Numbered from the stretch's first letter, positions 9,426-19,868 are shown. The stretch is 64,000 nt of DNA from Candidatus Latescibacterota bacterium (GCA_965242865.1 CBDETK010000013.1:3584001-3648000); one strand, 5' to 3'. Numbers and translations are program-made. The notes: generated by a model from the sequence alone, not told the origin.

Positions 9426-11345
9426 TTAAGCATCTTCGGCCACCGGCCGGCTCTCCGCGGCAAAATGGTTGACAACGACATCAACCATTCGCTGCTGCCC
9501 CTCCACGGCAACAATCGCCACGGCCGGCAAGCCGAACGAAGCCTCCAAGCGCTCCAAGTGCGCCTTTATCTCATCCTCGCTCATTTGGCGAGAAGAAACC
9601 CAAGTTTTGCCATAGACCGAGCGAGCGTGTTTCTCCTTGTCGCTCATCGCCAGTAATATAACCGGGGCTTTGCCCAATATGCGGATGCCATCAAGGGTGT
9701 CTTGGATATACGCATCCGAATCCGTGCTGTTGACCACCAGAATGCAGGCGTCCGGTTTGGTCCCCAACAAGAAGTGGATCGACGGCTCGGTATGGGAGTT
9801 GTGGTTGGCGACATCGTAGGGTATGGTGCCCGACTGGCAGCCGACCATCATGATATCCGGTTTTTTCGCCGCGTTAATCTCGCGCATCTTGTGGTCTAGG
9901 TACGGGCCGTAGTATTGCAACGGCAGGTCTCTGGGCACGGCGTAGCCCATGGGAAAGGAAAAATCCATCCCGAACAGGGCCGAATGATGCTCCGTACCAA
10001 GCTGACCAACCTTGTATCCTTGCTCAATCAGCTTCTGCCGCAATGCGAGTTGCAAGGTGAACTTGCCCTGTTGAGAGCTCGTGCCAAACACCCCGACCAC
10101 CGGCACATCCACGGCGCGCTCGGAACCTTGGGCCGCAAGGCACCGTTGGACATCGGCAAAATCGAAATCCGGGAACTCCAAGTGCAACCCCTTGCTCCGC
10201 GCCAAGTCGTACAGGTCGGCGTAGGTCTCTAAATCAACCGCTAAGAAGCTGAACACGTTGAGCCCCCGTTCCAACGCCGTTTGTATCGCCTCGCGCAGCA
10301 AGTCCTTTTTGCCCAACCGGGATAGCTGATCTACGTACCCCAACACGAGGGTATCGGCCCCTTCGAGAGCGTCCCCGAGTTTGGGGACAATGCGCACACC
10401 TAACGGTTCGACGCCAATGGCCGCGCCAGCGTCCTTGCCCACCAAGCCTTTGCCGACCGGGTCGGCAATGCCAGCGATGGTGAAACGCAAATGCTTCGCG
10501 TGGCGCACCAGCGCATGCATTTCCTTGTTGTACGGATACAGGGCCGCCCGGCCAATCCACTCGTAGCTGGGAAAACCCGGCCGCTCGACCGTGACCGGCC
10601 CAGGATCCTCCGACTCTAAGGCGTTTGCCGCCAAAATCTCCCGCACTGGAGTCAGCCCTGCTTTGGGAAAGTGCTGGCGGATCAGGGCGACAATCGCCGA
10701 TACGTGGGGCGCGGCAAAACTGGTTCCGCCGGTGATCGTCTCCCCTCCGTTTAGCCAGCACAGACGCTGCGGATCGCCCCGGGCCACGCACTCAATGGCC
10801 TGCCCGGGTCGGTAGTAGTACCCGTAGCGGTCGTAGATTTTTCCCCAAGTGACGCCTATTACGTCGGCCAACTCGGCTGGGTAGCTCTCCAAGCCCTCGT
10901 TGTGCTGGGAACCGACCAAGATCAGATTGGCTGCAACGGCCTTGCGGCAGATCTCGGCCAAGGGCCTCTTAGACGCGGGGTCAATCGTCCCCAAGCTGAG
11001 ATTGACCACGTCCATGCCTTCTTCTATGGCCCAAGCGATGGCCGCGACCAGCGACTGTCCATCCGTAGTCAGCGACTCGTCGAAAATGCGGATCCCGTAG
11101 AGTTCGGCTTCCGGGGCTAGTTTGCGGATAATGCCGGCGCAGGCCGTACCGTGACCGGCCTGGTCGGAAAAGTCTCCCTCGCGTTGGATACCGCCGTCGG
11201 CAAGCGCACACAACCCAACTCCGCCGGCAATAGTGCCGATCTTGGGGTGATTGGGTTCAATACCGCTATCGACTACCGCGACCTTGACTCCGCGTCCGGT
11301 CAATCGGGTAAAGTCGAGCGTCTGCAACTGCTCATTGGTTCTCAT
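9426..11345 (-). CDS. S8 (subtilisin-like) peptidase fused to DUF1611-like P-loop domain
   Basis: VAVVDSG, HGTACAG and GTSFAAP catalytic triad. C-terminal VGVFGTSSQQGKFTLQL. Confidence 0.85.
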   Translation of the reverse strand: MRTNEQLQTLDFTRLTGRGVKVAVVDSGIEPNHPKIGTIAGGVGLCALADGGIQREGDFSDQAGHGTACAGIIRKLAPEAELYGIRIFDESLTTDGQSLVAAIAWAIEEGMDVVNLSLGTIDPASKRPLAEICRKAVAANLILVGSQHNEGLESYPAELADVIGVTWGKIYDRYGYYYRPGQAIECVARGDPQRLCWLNGGETITGGTSFAAPHVSAIVALIRQHFPKAGLTPVREILAANALESEDPGPVTVERPGFPSYEWIGRAALYPYNKEMHALVRHAKHLRFTIAGIADPVGKGLVGKDAGAAIGVEPLGVRIVPKLGDALEGADTLVLGYVDQLSRLGKKDLLREAIQTALERGLNVFSFLAVDLETYADLYDLARSKGLHLEFPDFDFADVQRCLAAQGSERAVDVPVVGVFGTSSQQGKFTLQLALRQKLIEQGYKVGQLGTEHHSALFGMDFSFPMGYAVPRDLPLQYYGPYLDHKMREINAAKKPDIMMVGCQSGTIPYDVANHNSHTEPSIHFLLGTKPDACILVVNSTDSDAYIQDTLDGIRILGKAPVILLAMSDKEKHARSVYGKTWVSSRQMSEDEIKAHLERLEASFGLPAVAIVAVEGQQRMVDVVVNHFAAESRPVAEDA

Positions 11346-11360
11346 CTGGGTCGTCCTTTT

Positions 11361-13091
11361 TTAAGTATCCGCAAGCTGAGTTTTGAACAACTCCCAGTAG
11401 TGGCCTTTTTTCTCGATCAATTCGGCATGGGTGCCTTTCTCGACAATTTTTCCCTCGTCCATGCAGACGATCTCATCAACTTCTCGGATGGCACTGAGCC
11501 GGTGGCTAACGATGATGACCGTCTTGTCGTCGGCTTGGCCCTTGAGCCGGCGCAACAGCTTCTCCTCGCTCTCCGAGTCAAGGGCTGAGGTCGCCTCGTC
11601 CAGCACTACAATCTCAGGGTTTTTCAGCATCGCCCTCGCTAGTGCTATCCGCTGTTTCTGCCCACCCGACAGGTTGGCTTTAGAGTCGCATACCGTCGCC
11701 AAGGAGTCTTCGGGCGCGTGGATATCCGCGCCTTTGATCTCAAGTTCCGCCGCCGTGCGTTCAACCTCTTCTTTAGAACTATCCAACCGACCATAGCGTA
11801 TGTTTTCGAGCACCGAATCGCGAAAGAGCGGTGCTTCTTGCGACACCAAGCCGATGCGGTCCCGGTACTTGCCCAGACCAAAGGCCCTGCACGGCGCGTC
11901 GTCTATGGCGATCTCGCCTTTTTGCGGTTGGTAAAAACGACACAACAGATCGACGACCGTGCTTTTGCCGCAACCGCTCGCGCCGACGAGCGCGTACGTC
12001 TTGCCCTTTTCAATCTCTAAGTCAAAATGGCTGAGTACGGGGTGACCGTTGTAGGCAAACTCCACATCTTTGAACGCTATCTTCTCTTTGAACGAGAAGG
12101 GTTTGGCCTGCTTTGGCTCTACGTCAACCTCGGCTGGTACATCCATGAATTCCACAATCCGCCGCAGGGAAACCGACGCCCGTACGCAGTCTATGTACAG
12201 TTGGTTCAGGCTCTCTAAGGGGGCGAAGATGCGCATGAAGTACTGGAAAAAGGCGATGAGTGCCCCCAAACCGATCTCGCCCTGCATGACTTGATGCCCT
12301 CCCCAACCGAGGATGACGACAGGGGCCAAGGACATGATAAAGGACGCGATGGAACCAGCGGAAAGATTCAACGCGGTGCTGTGCATCTCCAGCTCGAACA
12401 ACTTCCCTTGTCGGCTGCCCAATTTGTCGCTCTCGTGCCTGTACGTGTTGTACGACTGGACGAGTTTGATGTTGTCGAATCGCTCAATAAAAAAACCTAG
12501 TATATCCGAAGTCGTGCGCTGGGTTGTCTCGGCCACCTTGCCTATTTTCGGCTGGAAGTACTTGAGATTCACGATGAAGCAGGGCACGAGCAGGCTCAGG
12601 CCGAGGAAGAGGGGAGCGTCCAGCCATATCAGCACCGCCCCCAAGCTGACCAGCGTCAGCACGCTGTTGACGAGCCTCAGTACGCTGGAGGTGAGCGTTT
12701 TCTGGACGACCTGCACATCGTTGTTGAGCCGATGGGCAATATCCCCGGTCTTGTTGCGTTTGAAGAAATTGAGCGGCAGGCGCAACAGGTGGCTGAACAA
12801 CTCGCTCCGCATCTCGAACACGACGCGATTGCCGACCCAGAGGTAGAGATAATTGGCGATGAAAGCACTGATGATGTTCAGGGCCATCATACCGAATAGG
12901 GTAGCCAGCAGGATGCCCAGCAGATAGTAATCTTCGTCGGGCAGCACTTCGTCAATGAGGATCATCAGGATATAGGGGAAGGCGAGTGAACTGGCTATCG
13001 CTAAAACCATGAAGACGAATACGATTGAACTTTGCCACCAGTACGGTTTGATGTACCGGGCGAAGCGCATTGCAAATTCTTTGAATACCAT
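11361..13091 (-). CDS. ABC exporter, fused permease/ATPase
   Basis: TM domain, GASGCGKST, LSGGQKQR, LDEATSALD. Confidence 0.93.
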   Translation of the reverse strand: MVFKEFAMRFARYIKPYWWQSSIVFVFMVLAIASSLAFPYILMILIDEVLPDEDYYLLGILLATLFGMMALNIISAFIANYLYLWVGNRVVFEMRSELFSHLLRLPLNFFKRNKTGDIAHRLNNDVQVVQKTLTSSVLRLVNSVLTLVSLGAVLIWLDAPLFLGLSLLVPCFIVNLKYFQPKIGKVAETTQRTTSDILGFFIERFDNIKLVQSYNTYRHESDKLGSRQGKLFELEMHSTALNLSAGSIASFIMSLAPVVILGWGGHQVMQGEIGLGALIAFFQYFMRIFAPLESLNQLYIDCVRASVSLRRIVEFMDVPAEVDVEPKQAKPFSFKEKIAFKDVEFAYNGHPVLSHFDLEIEKGKTYALVGASGCGKSTVVDLLCRFYQPQKGEIAIDDAPCRAFGLGKYRDRIGLVSQEAPLFRDSVLENIRYGRLDSSKEEVERTAAELEIKGADIHAPEDSLATVCDSKANLSGGQKQRIALARAMLKNPEIVVLDEATSALDSESEEKLLRRLKGQADDKTVIIVSHRLSAIREVDEIVCMDEGKIVEKGTHAELIEKKGHYWELFKTQLADT

Positions 13092-13118
13092 TTTGCCCTC
13101 CCTTGCGCTAGGGGCCGA

Positions 13119-13463
13119 TCAGTAGAGTAGGTGCTTGACCGAACTCAAATCGGCCTTGTTGGTGATGACATCGTAGTACTTCACGCCTTTGAAGTTGAAA
13201 GCGAGCGGCTCGACCAAGTCGAACCAAGGCTTCAACTCGTTGTAGAAGATGACCGAAAGATGCGGCTTCTCCTGCACGGGAATATGGACGTTGACGACCG
13301 TGTTGTTCTCATCAATTACAAACACGGCTGGGGTCGGTTCGCCAAAGGGCGTCTCGTTGAAGTATCCGGTCGTGTCCGACGCCACCGGAAACGCAATCTG
13401 AAAAGTCCGCACATAGTCCGAGAACTTCCGCTTGCTCATCCTCGCGATGCAGTAGATGGGCAT
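13119..13463 (-). pseudogene. C-terminal fragment of redoxin/thioredoxin-fold protein
   Basis: FPVASD...TPAVFVID pattern with no N-terminal part and no RBS. Confidence 0.45.
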
Positions 13464-13568
13464 CGGCTGATGACGGCAACCTGCGCGACGCGTACGATGC
13501 TGTGGGGTGCTGTCGATGGGAACGGTGGACGATGCGGGAAACTAATCTGCGAGTTGCGGAACCGCCGT

Positions 13569-14216
13569 TTACGAAGTGAAGTACCGATCCAGCCAGTCTC
13601 GGATACCCTGCTCCGTCGCCTCTTCGTCGTCTTGGTCGCTATAGTGCCAGTTGAGCACCTCAAAGGCGTCATCTACTACAAACCAGACCGGCACGGACGA
13701 CCGGGCGTCCGACTGGAACAGCAGGGCTTCGAGTTGCTGCTCGGCCACGAAGGTGAAGGCGAAGGGCACGATACCCACCTTGTTCTTGATGGCGATCTGC
13801 TGCTTGATGTGTTCGTTGGCGTCGCCTACGACCAACAGCAATTTGCCGTGAGAGACGCCCTGCTGCGCCATGGCCTGCTTCCACTGGTCGAGTTGGGCAA
13901 ACAGGCAGGCTCCACAGGTCCGGCTCGTCGATACAACTACGACAAAAGGCTGGCCGTCCTCGGCGGCCGACTCGTCGAACTGGGCGAAGCGGCCCAAGTC
14001 CACCGATTCGAGCAGCTTGCGGTGTAGTTTGTTCTTGAGGGCGGCGTTGACCTCGTAGTTCCACTGGACGGTTTCCAAGTGTTTTAGCCGCTCGTTGAGG
14101 GTCTCCAACTCGTCGAGTCTGTCGGTATTGTCTCGGTGCAGGGCCAAGGCGACTGAGCCGAGGCCGAGAGACAACAGTAGCAGGGCTTTGGTTAGCTGAG
14201 TGGCATTCATGGTCAT
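13569..14216 (-). CDS. Membrane-anchored thioredoxin-like protein (CxxC)
   Basis: N-terminal TM/signal, TCGAC motif, PVWFVVD. RBS AAGGAG. Confidence 0.6.
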   Translation of the reverse strand: MTMNATQLTKALLLLSLGLGSVALALHRDNTDRLDELETLNERLKHLETVQWNYEVNAALKNKLHRKLLESVDLGRFAQFDESAAEDGQPFVVVVSTSRTCGACLFAQLDQWKQAMAQQGVSHGKLLLVVGDANEHIKQQIAIKNKVGIVPFAFTFVAEQQLEALLFQSDARSSVPVWFVVDDAFEVLNWHYSDQDDEEATEQGIRDWLDRYFTS

Positions 14217-14228
14217 GGTCTCCTTATT

Positions 14229-15404
14229 CTACTGGCCGCCCCGCGAGCGGCTGAACGCACTCTTGCCAGCTCCCGTGCGATCGTTGATTCGATAGATGGC
14301 TACGTATGGATCGCTCGTCTCGCCGGTCGCTTCGTCGAGGGCATCCTCAACCACAAAATACAGTTCCATACCGTCAACCGTCAGCAGTCTATGGCTGGCG
14401 GGTAATCTGATGCCGTCGGCAACCGAATGGCCGTCCTTGTAAAAGAGATTTAGATAGTATTCCGGCTTACCGTTAACCACACGCCGGTATTGTGTAAGCA
14501 CCAGCAGGTCGGGACCGAATTCATAGAGTCGGGAACGGACAATGTGCTCGGCAAACCATTCGTTGTGCCGAGCGGTCCAATTGACCGGATCCAAGTCGGC
14601 GGGAAAAGGCTTGATCCGGTCCCGGTGCTTAGACTGGTACTCGCTAAACCAAGTCCGTTCCAACTGGCCCTGCTCGCTGTATTGGTGGATCTCGTAGGTC
14701 GTCGGGTAGATGAAGTAGAAGCCGCCTCCCCGCTTGGGAGTGAGCACGGTGTTATGATAGCGATTCAACGCCCGTCCGGTTCGTTTGTCTTCGACCGGAT
14801 ACAGGCCGGCAACTTTATTGAGGTTGTCGTCGAAGCGGAACAGCGCGTATTGGCCTTCCGCTCGCACCCCGGCCGAGCCGGCGTCAATGACGTCCACTTG
14901 TGCGCCATAAATATGGCCACCCGTGGTGAGCACAATATGGTCAATGAACTCAGGGTTGGGATCTGGCACCTGCCGCTTGAATTTATATGAATCGCCAGAG
15001 AAGAAGAGATATTTCCTACTTTCTCCCAAGCTGTAGAAATAGAAGTCTCCGTTAGGGGCCAACCGTGGTCTTAATGGATTGAAGTATTCGTCCTCGGCTC
15101 CTCCACGCACTCCAATTTGCCGCAGGTAATGGCCCTCGGCATCGGTCTGAAAAATCATATTCTGGATACCATCTAAAACAATGAGGTTGCCCTTAGCATC
15201 AACGAAGACGTAGCTAATCTGGCCCACAATGACATGCTCAGGCATTTGCAAATGGATGTCCCGATCCTTGACGAATGCCTCGTCAAACGTAAGGTCGGCT
15301 GCCGGTGGGGTGATTTCTATCCGGCCAGCAGGCTGGTCATCACCGCATCCGACCAGAGGCACCATAGTACCGACGATTGCGATGAACTGTATCCGATTTT
15401 TCAT
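14229..15404 (-). CDS. 6-bladed beta-propeller lipoprotein
   Basis: LVGC lipobox. GHYLRQIGVRGGAEDEY resembles the G-x-G-P-x-E-Y motif of this family. Confidence 0.7.
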   Translation of the reverse strand: MKNRIQFIAIVGTMVPLVGCGDDQPAGRIEITPPAADLTFDEAFVKDRDIHLQMPEHVIVGQISYVFVDAKGNLIVLDGIQNMIFQTDAEGHYLRQIGVRGGAEDEYFNPLRPRLAPNGDFYFYSLGESRKYLFFSGDSYKFKRQVPDPNPEFIDHIVLTTGGHIYGAQVDVIDAGSAGVRAEGQYALFRFDDNLNKVAGLYPVEDKRTGRALNRYHNTVLTPKRGGGFYFIYPTTYEIHQYSEQGQLERTWFSEYQSKHRDRIKPFPADLDPVNWTARHNEWFAEHIVRSRLYEFGPDLLVLTQYRRVVNGKPEYYLNLFYKDGHSVADGIRLPASHRLLTVDGMELYFVVEDALDEATGETSDPYVAIYRINDRTGAGKSAFSRSRGGQ

Positions 15405-15476
15405 AACATTTTCCTTGTGGATGGTTGGTGTTGAGCCACTATGTATTCATAAGGCTCAGTACCCGAAGATTCAGAG

Positions 15477-15512
15477 GAGTGGACCGGGGATCACTTTGAC
15501 CCCGGTCCACTC
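15477..15512. terminator. Strong hairpin downstream of peptide cassette 1
   Basis: GAGTGGACCGGGG / CCCCGGTCCACTC perfect arms. Near-identical copy at 20217-20248. Confidence 0.65.
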
Positions 15513-15598
15513 GCTCGTCAACGGCTCGGTGGTTGTTTAGCTACCCCTCCAGTGGCGATTCTATCGAATCAAGCAGGGCGGAAGGGCCTGCTGACTGA

Positions 15599-15742
15599 CT
15601 AGCCGCAGCAGCAGCAGAGGCGGCCCTCTCCAGAGCAATCAGCTTTCGGAGGACTGCTTTCGCAGATGGAGAGGGCGAATTCCAGCTGCGCCTCGACGGC
15701 CTGGCCGTAGGTGGCGCGTTGGGGTTTGTGCAGAGCGATCAT
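15599..15742 (-). CDS. Cys-rich RiPP-like precursor peptide (47 aa)
   Basis: RBS AAGGAG then MIALHKPQRATYGQAVEAQLEFALSICESSPPKADCSGEGRLCCCCG. Confidence 0.7.
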   Translation of the reverse strand: MIALHKPQRATYGQAVEAQLEFALSICESSPPKADCSGEGRLCCCCG

Positions 15743-15938
15743 GATTATGCTCCTTGAGTAAGTGAATGGTTCTATTGAACCAAAGGGGGACGCCAAGGGC
15801 GTCGCGAAAGGGCCTCCTTATGAGAACCCTTGATAGGGCTGATACAGGCAGCGTCATGTTACGAGAAGGAACGGCAGATGCCTGCGTGGCTTCAATGGCC
15901 GAGCCGTAGCTTGTATTTACGGATGGATGCAGGGACAT
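15639..15938 (-). CDS. Precursor-like ORF sharing the leader motif (probably degenerate at the 3' end)
   Basis: RBS GAGGAGG then MSLHPSVNTSYGSAIEATQ. The 3' part overlaps the next peptide out of frame. Confidence 0.4.
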   Translation of the reverse strand: MSLHPSVNTSYGSAIEATQASAVPSRNMTLPVSALSRVLIRRPFRDALGVPLWFNRTIHLLKEHNHDRSAQTPTRHLRPGRRGAAGIRPLHLRKQSSES

Positions 15939-15971
15939 GGCTTCAGACCTCCTCGACTGTGAACGCTAGCT

Positions 15972-16052
15972 TTACCAGCGCGCCCCGAAAAAGGGCCACT
16001 GCACAGACCGCCGAAAGCGGCGGCGGTAACGGCGGTTGATAACGCGGTTCAT
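15972..16052 (-). CDS. Short Arg-rich ORF (26 aa), first after the sigma54 promoter
   Basis: RBS GAGGAGG then MNRVINRRYRRRFRRSVQWPFFGARW. Confidence 0.35.
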   Translation of the reverse strand: MNRVINRRYRRRFRRSVQWPFFGARW

Positions 16053-16149
16053 TGTTCCCTCCTCTTATGGGGTGGATGGAAAGCCTGCCCGTCGGCCCCT
16101 ATTCCTTAGTGGCCAACAACAGCTTGCTTTCGTGTTCACTTACTATATA

Positions 16150-16165
16150 AGCATATTCCGTGCCA
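16150..16165 (-). promoter_or_regulatory. Sigma54 -24/-12 promoter (module 1)
   Basis: TGGCACGGAATATGCT with GG-N10-GC spacing. Confidence 0.8.
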
Positions 16166-16256
16166 AACTGATTCTTGATAAAAGATAAACTACTAATAAA
16201 CATATACTTATAAAAAATTAAGGCACTTCATGCCAAACGCTGAATCGCGCTTCAAT

Positions 16257-16344
16257 TGCACCCTTTCGACGCACCTAACCCCCCATTTGCTCTCTATTTC
16301 TATTTTTTACAACAGTTTAGAGCAAGTGCGTTAAAAAGGACGCA
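16257..16344. promoter_or_regulatory. Putative bEBP enhancer sites (module 1)
   Basis: TGCACCCTTTCGACGCA and TGCGTTAAAAAGGACGCA start 70 bp apart. Same arrangement in module 2. Confidence 0.65.
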
Positions 16345-16603
16345 GTGCGTCAAGGTCGACTTGGTCCACGACGAGTAGCGGAGTTAGAAACCAATCCTTT
16401 TTTAATGCGCTAACACCCATTCTCGCCTACTGCGTTCTGGCCGAGGCGTCCCCCTTAGTGTGCGTCTAAGACGGGAGGAGAATGGGGAGTGGAGGAATTG
16501 AAATTGAAACCGGACAACTTTACAGGTGAATGGACCGGACTGCGGATCTGGGCCTTAGAGCCTCTTTTCGTCCTCGCAATTTACGAGGTGGAGTAGCACC
16601 CTT

Positions 16604-17644
16604 TTATCTTAGAGATGAGAGATGCGAAAGCACCTCACCCAAGAGCGCGAACTCATCCTTTCTCAGGCGGCATAGTTCATCTTGGGCAAACGTTCGACCT
16701 TCCTTGGCCTTTTTGCCTCTCATCTGGTTTCTCAACACAACCATGCGGATCTGATTTGCGCGGCTGGCGATATCCGAGTATCTCCGGGCAAAACCGACCT
16801 CTTCGGGCAGGATCCCTTGGCCCTCCATGTACTCCAGCCGAGCGACCATGCACTTTTTGTGCTCCCAGAAAATACGCAAGGAGATAAGCAGCTCGTCCTC
16901 GGTCGCCTCCGGCTCATCAAGCAGCCCTGCGAGGAACTGGTAAGTATCCATCCCCCACAGGTCGCCGCGGTTTCTCGGTTCGGCGAGTATCCGCAACCGC
17001 GTTGAGGTGTTGCGAGACAGGTAGAGGTCGGTCAATTCCTCCCGGGCCTGCACTAAGTCAAAAGCACACTCAGCAGACGACCGGTAGTAGTAGAGCACAA
17101 CTTGAGGATTCTCAACCTTGTCCTGTAGCCAATCAGGGCCACCCTCCGGCCTAAACGCCGTGGATAACGCCCGCTCAAACTCGGCGAACCCCACGGCGAA
17201 ACGGCCGTAGCTCCCATCGCGGCCGTAGCCCGACGCAGTAAAAGTGCCTTGTCGCCAGTCAAAGCCGCTCAAAAGCAGTTCGTGAAGAAAATGAACCCGT
17301 TGGTAATACACGCCCTGTGGAATGTAAAAGTAGTCCACATCCAACTGCACGTAGTAATCCCTTTCGAGGCACTCCAAGACGAATTTTGTGACTTCATCCG
17401 GCTTGTCCCCGGCCAGTCGCCGGTCAACCCTATTGGATTCGAGCAAAGGGCAGGTGGAGAACTCTCGATAAAACGGATGGAGGTAGAAATTCAGCCCCCG
17501 TCCCTCAAACTGTCGCAACTGGATATAGTGACAATAGAACCACGGCCGGTACGCTGTGTCGCGGGCGAGGATCGAAAGCGGGTATAGATGGTGCATATAC
17601 CCGGTGATGGGCGGTTTGCCGATGGGCAAACACTTTTTCGTCAC
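16604..17644 (-). CDS. Hypothetical protein, possible BtrH-N/C39-like fold
   Basis: DYFYIP...HFLHELLLSGFD His/Asp motif. Translationally coupled to the glycosyltransferase. Confidence 0.5.
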   Translation of the reverse strand: MTKKCLPIGKPPITGYMHHLYPLSILARDTAYRPWFYCHYIQLRQFEGRGLNFYLHPFYREFSTCPLLESNRVDRRLAGDKPDEVTKFVLECLERDYYVQLDVDYFYIPQGVYYQRVHFLHELLLSGFDWRQGTFTASGYGRDGSYGRFAVGFAEFERALSTAFRPEGGPDWLQDKVENPQVVLYYYRSSAECAFDLVQAREELTDLYLSRNTSTRLRILAEPRNRGDLWGMDTYQFLAGLLDEPEATEDELLISLRIFWEHKKCMVARLEYMEGQGILPEEVGFARRYSDIASRANQIRMVVLRNQMRGKKAKEGRTFAQDELCRLRKDEFALLGEVLSHLSSLR

Positions 17645-18900
17645 GACGCGATCCTCGCTTTCGCGTCCGTGGTTCCTTGGAGGAGACGCATTAGCCGCCG
17701 TGCGGAAGCAGACCAGCTAAATCGAGGTCGATCCGGGGGGATTTGGGGCGGAAAACCAACCGTATAGGCTTGAGCCAATAGCCTCACCAGCGAATCAGCA
17801 TCGTCGAGTCCGTAATACCGCCCCTGCTTGCCTACCACCTCGTTCATTATCGGAATGTCGGGAACAATGACTTCCGTCCCGCAGGCCAACGCCTCCACCG
17901 CTGGCAGGCAAAAGCCCTCATCTACCGACGAGATCACCAGTGCTGCGGCACTGTGGTATAGAGCAGCCAGTTCGTCGTCGTCAACCCGACCGAGGAACCG
18001 GACTTGCTCCCCCAAGGCATTGGCTGCGACGGACCGTTCCAATTCGCTTTGGTACGCCCCGTAATCCCCCACCATCACCAACGGAGGACACAGCCCCCGC
18101 TCGGCCTTGAGCTCGGCCAACACCGAAAAGAGCCAGTCCAACCTTTTGCGCTTGTGTGCTAGCCCTACAAAGAGGAAGAACGGGGATTTTAGGCCGTGCT
18201 GGACCAGTACTCGGGCGATGGTTTCGCCATCCCGCTGGCCGCTGAAAATGCGCTCGTCAGCCGCCCCCGACACCACATCAATCTTCTCGTTGGAGATGCC
18301 GAGTATCTGTACAATGTCTTGCTTGACCGTATTGGAAACAGTGATCACCCCTTCGCATTGGGTCGCTAAACGTCTGTTCATAGCCCAGAAATAGTGGTGG
18401 AACACTTCTTTGCCTTCGGGCACATCCCCAAATCCAACTGTGTTGTGTCCAAGACGCTCACACGCCATCCTCATTTGCTCAAACTCCGACCGGCCGAATT
18501 TGGCTTGGAACGCCGCATCCGTATAGGTCGATAGATCGGGGTGCTTGAGCCGGATTAGGTCGTGGATAGTGAATATGTAGGGAACGGGCAGCAACGGATC
18601 AACGATATAATGGATTGAGTAGTACAAATTGACCCCTTCCCGGATAAGCCAATTCCGCAACCACGACGAATCGCGCACAAATCCACCGTCGTCCGGCACT
18701 TCCACGAAGCGGAGCCGACGAGTCAAACGCGGATTTTTCAGATCGGCTGCGATTTCACCACTGCGTCCCGGCCAAGCGATCACGGTCAGGCGGTAATCTC
18801 CATCGATTTCGTCGGCATCCAGCGCGTGCAACAGGGAAGTGCCATAGCGATAGATGCCGCTATAGTGGGTCGTGCGTAGGTCAAAGGCTAAATGGGTCAT
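17641..18900 (-). CDS. Glycosyltransferase family 4
   Basis: FTIHDLI, VITVSNTVKQDI, EGFCLPAVEALACG. Confidence 0.9.
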   Translation of the reverse strand: MTHLAFDLRTTHYSGIYRYGTSLLHALDADEIDGDYRLTVIAWPGRSGEIAADLKNPRLTRRLRFVEVPDDGGFVRDSSWLRNWLIREGVNLYYSIHYIVDPLLPVPYIFTIHDLIRLKHPDLSTYTDAAFQAKFGRSEFEQMRMACERLGHNTVGFGDVPEGKEVFHHYFWAMNRRLATQCEGVITVSNTVKQDIVQILGISNEKIDVVSGAADERIFSGQRDGETIARVLVQHGLKSPFFLFVGLAHKRKRLDWLFSVLAELKAERGLCPPLVMVGDYGAYQSELERSVAANALGEQVRFLGRVDDDELAALYHSAAALVISSVDEGFCLPAVEALACGTEVIVPDIPIMNEVVGKQGRYYGLDDADSLVRLLAQAYTVGFPPQIPPDRPRFSWSASARRLMRLLQGTTDAKARIAS

Positions 18901-18954
18901 GGTATCTCACTCCTTAGCAACGGGAATAGGGAAGCCTAGCAAGTTCTCATGTTG

Positions 18955-19392
18955 TTAGCGGTCGGCTGGAATTTCCCGCTCCTTCTGCACCAACAGCGTT
19001 GCAGCACCCCCAGCCAACAACAAACCGCGCAACAGTGCCCAACCCAGCGAAGCACCCTCGTCGCCACCAAAACAACCGCACGTCACCTCGTTGCCGCGGT
19101 ACATATTGATGCCGAGCGCCGCACTAAAAACCACCAGTAGCCCCAAGATGACCAAGGCGTTACTGCGCGACCAGATGCCCAAGAGCAGAAGGCCGCCGGC
19201 AATCAGTTCAACCCAGACGACCGACAGCGCAAACGGCGCAGCCCAATCCACCGGGAGCATATCAAAGGCCGCGACCGTCTCGACGAAAGACGGTATTTGC
19301 ACGAGCTTTGCACTCCCCGCCCAAACAAAGACACCGCCCAACACCAGCCGGACCGTCAGAGCCAGATAGGGCCTGAGTGCAAGTCTGTCCAT
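18955..19392 (-). CDS. MauE/DoxX family redox membrane protein
   Basis: RLVLGGVFVWAGSAK, ELIAGGLLLLG, TCGCFG. ATG overlaps the rhodanese stop. Confidence 0.85.
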   Translation of the reverse strand: MDRLALRPYLALTVRLVLGGVFVWAGSAKLVQIPSFVETVAAFDMLPVDWAAPFALSVVWVELIAGGLLLLGIWSRSNALVILGLLVVFSAALGINMYRGNEVTCGCFGGDEGASLGWALLRGLLLAGGAATLLVQKEREIPADR

Positions 19393-19868
19393 TAGAAAGG
19401 ACCCTCCGATTCCACGGGATAACCCGCTTCTTCCCATTGGGGAAATCCGCCCGCGAAGACGTAGATCTGCGTAAAATCCATCTCCGTTGCGAGCTTTTGC
19501 GCCAGTTTGGAGCCCAAGTTACACGTCGTCCCTGAACAGTAAACGACCAGCGCGGTATCCTTGGACAAGTCGGCCAATTCCGCGCCAAAAGCGGCGAGAA
19601 TCTCCGACGGTGGGACATTAAGAGCCCCGGGCACATGCCCCAACTGGTAGGGCCAAGAAGACCGAGCGTCCACGAACACAGCCGCCCTTTGGTCCAAGAG
19701 CCGTTTGGCCGTTGCTAAATCAATCAGATGCACACCATTTTCGGGCCGCTGGACCTCTTCTATTGCCAAGCTATGCAGTCCGCCGCTGGAGACGCCGATC
19801 GCCACTACCAGCAATGCCTTTCCAACAATTCGCTTCATCACAGCGAATCCCCTTTCTCCGGTAGTCAA
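19392..19868 (-). CDS. Rhodanese-like protein with N-terminal signal/TM
   Basis: FVDAR, GHVPGALN, VVYCSGTTC, FAGGFPQW. Confidence 0.85.
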   Translation of the reverse strand: MTTGERGFAVMKRIVGKALLVVAIGVSSGGLHSLAIEEVQRPENGVHLIDLATAKRLLDQRAAVFVDARSSWPYQLGHVPGALNVPPSEILAAFGAELADLSKDTALVVYCSGTTCNLGSKLAQKLATEMDFTQIYVFAGGFPQWEEAGYPVESEGPF

